DNA of 32,000 nucleotides from Edwardsiella phage vB_EpM_ZHS. The translations under genes were made by a program, and so were the position numbers. Each line of letters begins with the position of its first letter. Within the stretch, counting starts at the first letter, position 1. Location of the stretch: sequence record OM621816.1; one strand, given 5' to 3'. Positions 31,943-32,000 of this stretch are shown here, one piece after another. The notes beneath the pieces were generated by a model. That model had not been told where the DNA came from. It searched no databases and was given only the letters and a program-made list of their open reading frames with translations.

Positions 31943-32000
31943 ATGAAGCAACTGACTATTGAACACAATCACGGCGTCGTCGTTCTGAAGGACGCCTATC
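31943..32000 (+). CDS. partial CDS running off the window
   Basis: MKQLTIEHNHGVVVLKDAY...; AAGGAG upstream. Confidence 0.55.
   Translation, partial: MKQLTIEHNHGVVVLKDAY

Noticed and set aside
1-32000. tRNA genes, rRNA, insertion sequences or integrase/prophage attachment signals
   Set aside because: None could be supported by reading the sequence; no transposase, integrase or flanking host genes were seen, though small tRNAs could be missed without tRNAscan.

Overview
This 32 kb window reads as part of a large, GC-rich lytic-type bacteriophage genome. Positions 1-27.4 kb are an almost gap-free minus-strand DNA replication, recombination and nucleotide-modification block. Genes are joined by ATGA, GTGA or TGATG start/stop overlaps. 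The strand switches at a divergent promoter region (27.40-27.50 kb), and 27.5-32.0 kb is a plus-strand operon of small regulatory or early-type genes: an HTH protein, an HNH endonuclease, a ParB-like protein, and unknowns. Recognisable minus-strand genes are SbcD-like nuclease, RuvC-like resolvase, J-domain protein, RecA/UvsX-like recombinase, gp32-like ssDNA-binding protein, clamp loader ATPase, a UDG-exonuclease-family A polymerase fusion, sliding clamp, primase, SNF2-type helicase, DnaB-type helicase and 5'-3' exonuclease. The most exciting content is a phage-encoded 7-deazaguanine (preQ0) route: FolE, QueC, QueE and a TGT/DpdA-like TIM-barrel candidate, with QueD not visible in the window. 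QueC lacks the canonical C-terminal cysteine cluster. Next to the DpdA-like gene are two short translationally coupled ORFs that resemble detached N-terminal modules of that family. Other unusual features are an ssDNA-binding protein with long Arg/Asp-rich tails at both ends, a protein with tandem beta-barrel-like repeats joined by similar charged linkers, two adjacent exported proteins of unknown role, and a perfectly repeated 49-bp promoter-like element with an internal inverted repeat. All calls are from reading the sequence and ORF translations; no database search or folding program was run.
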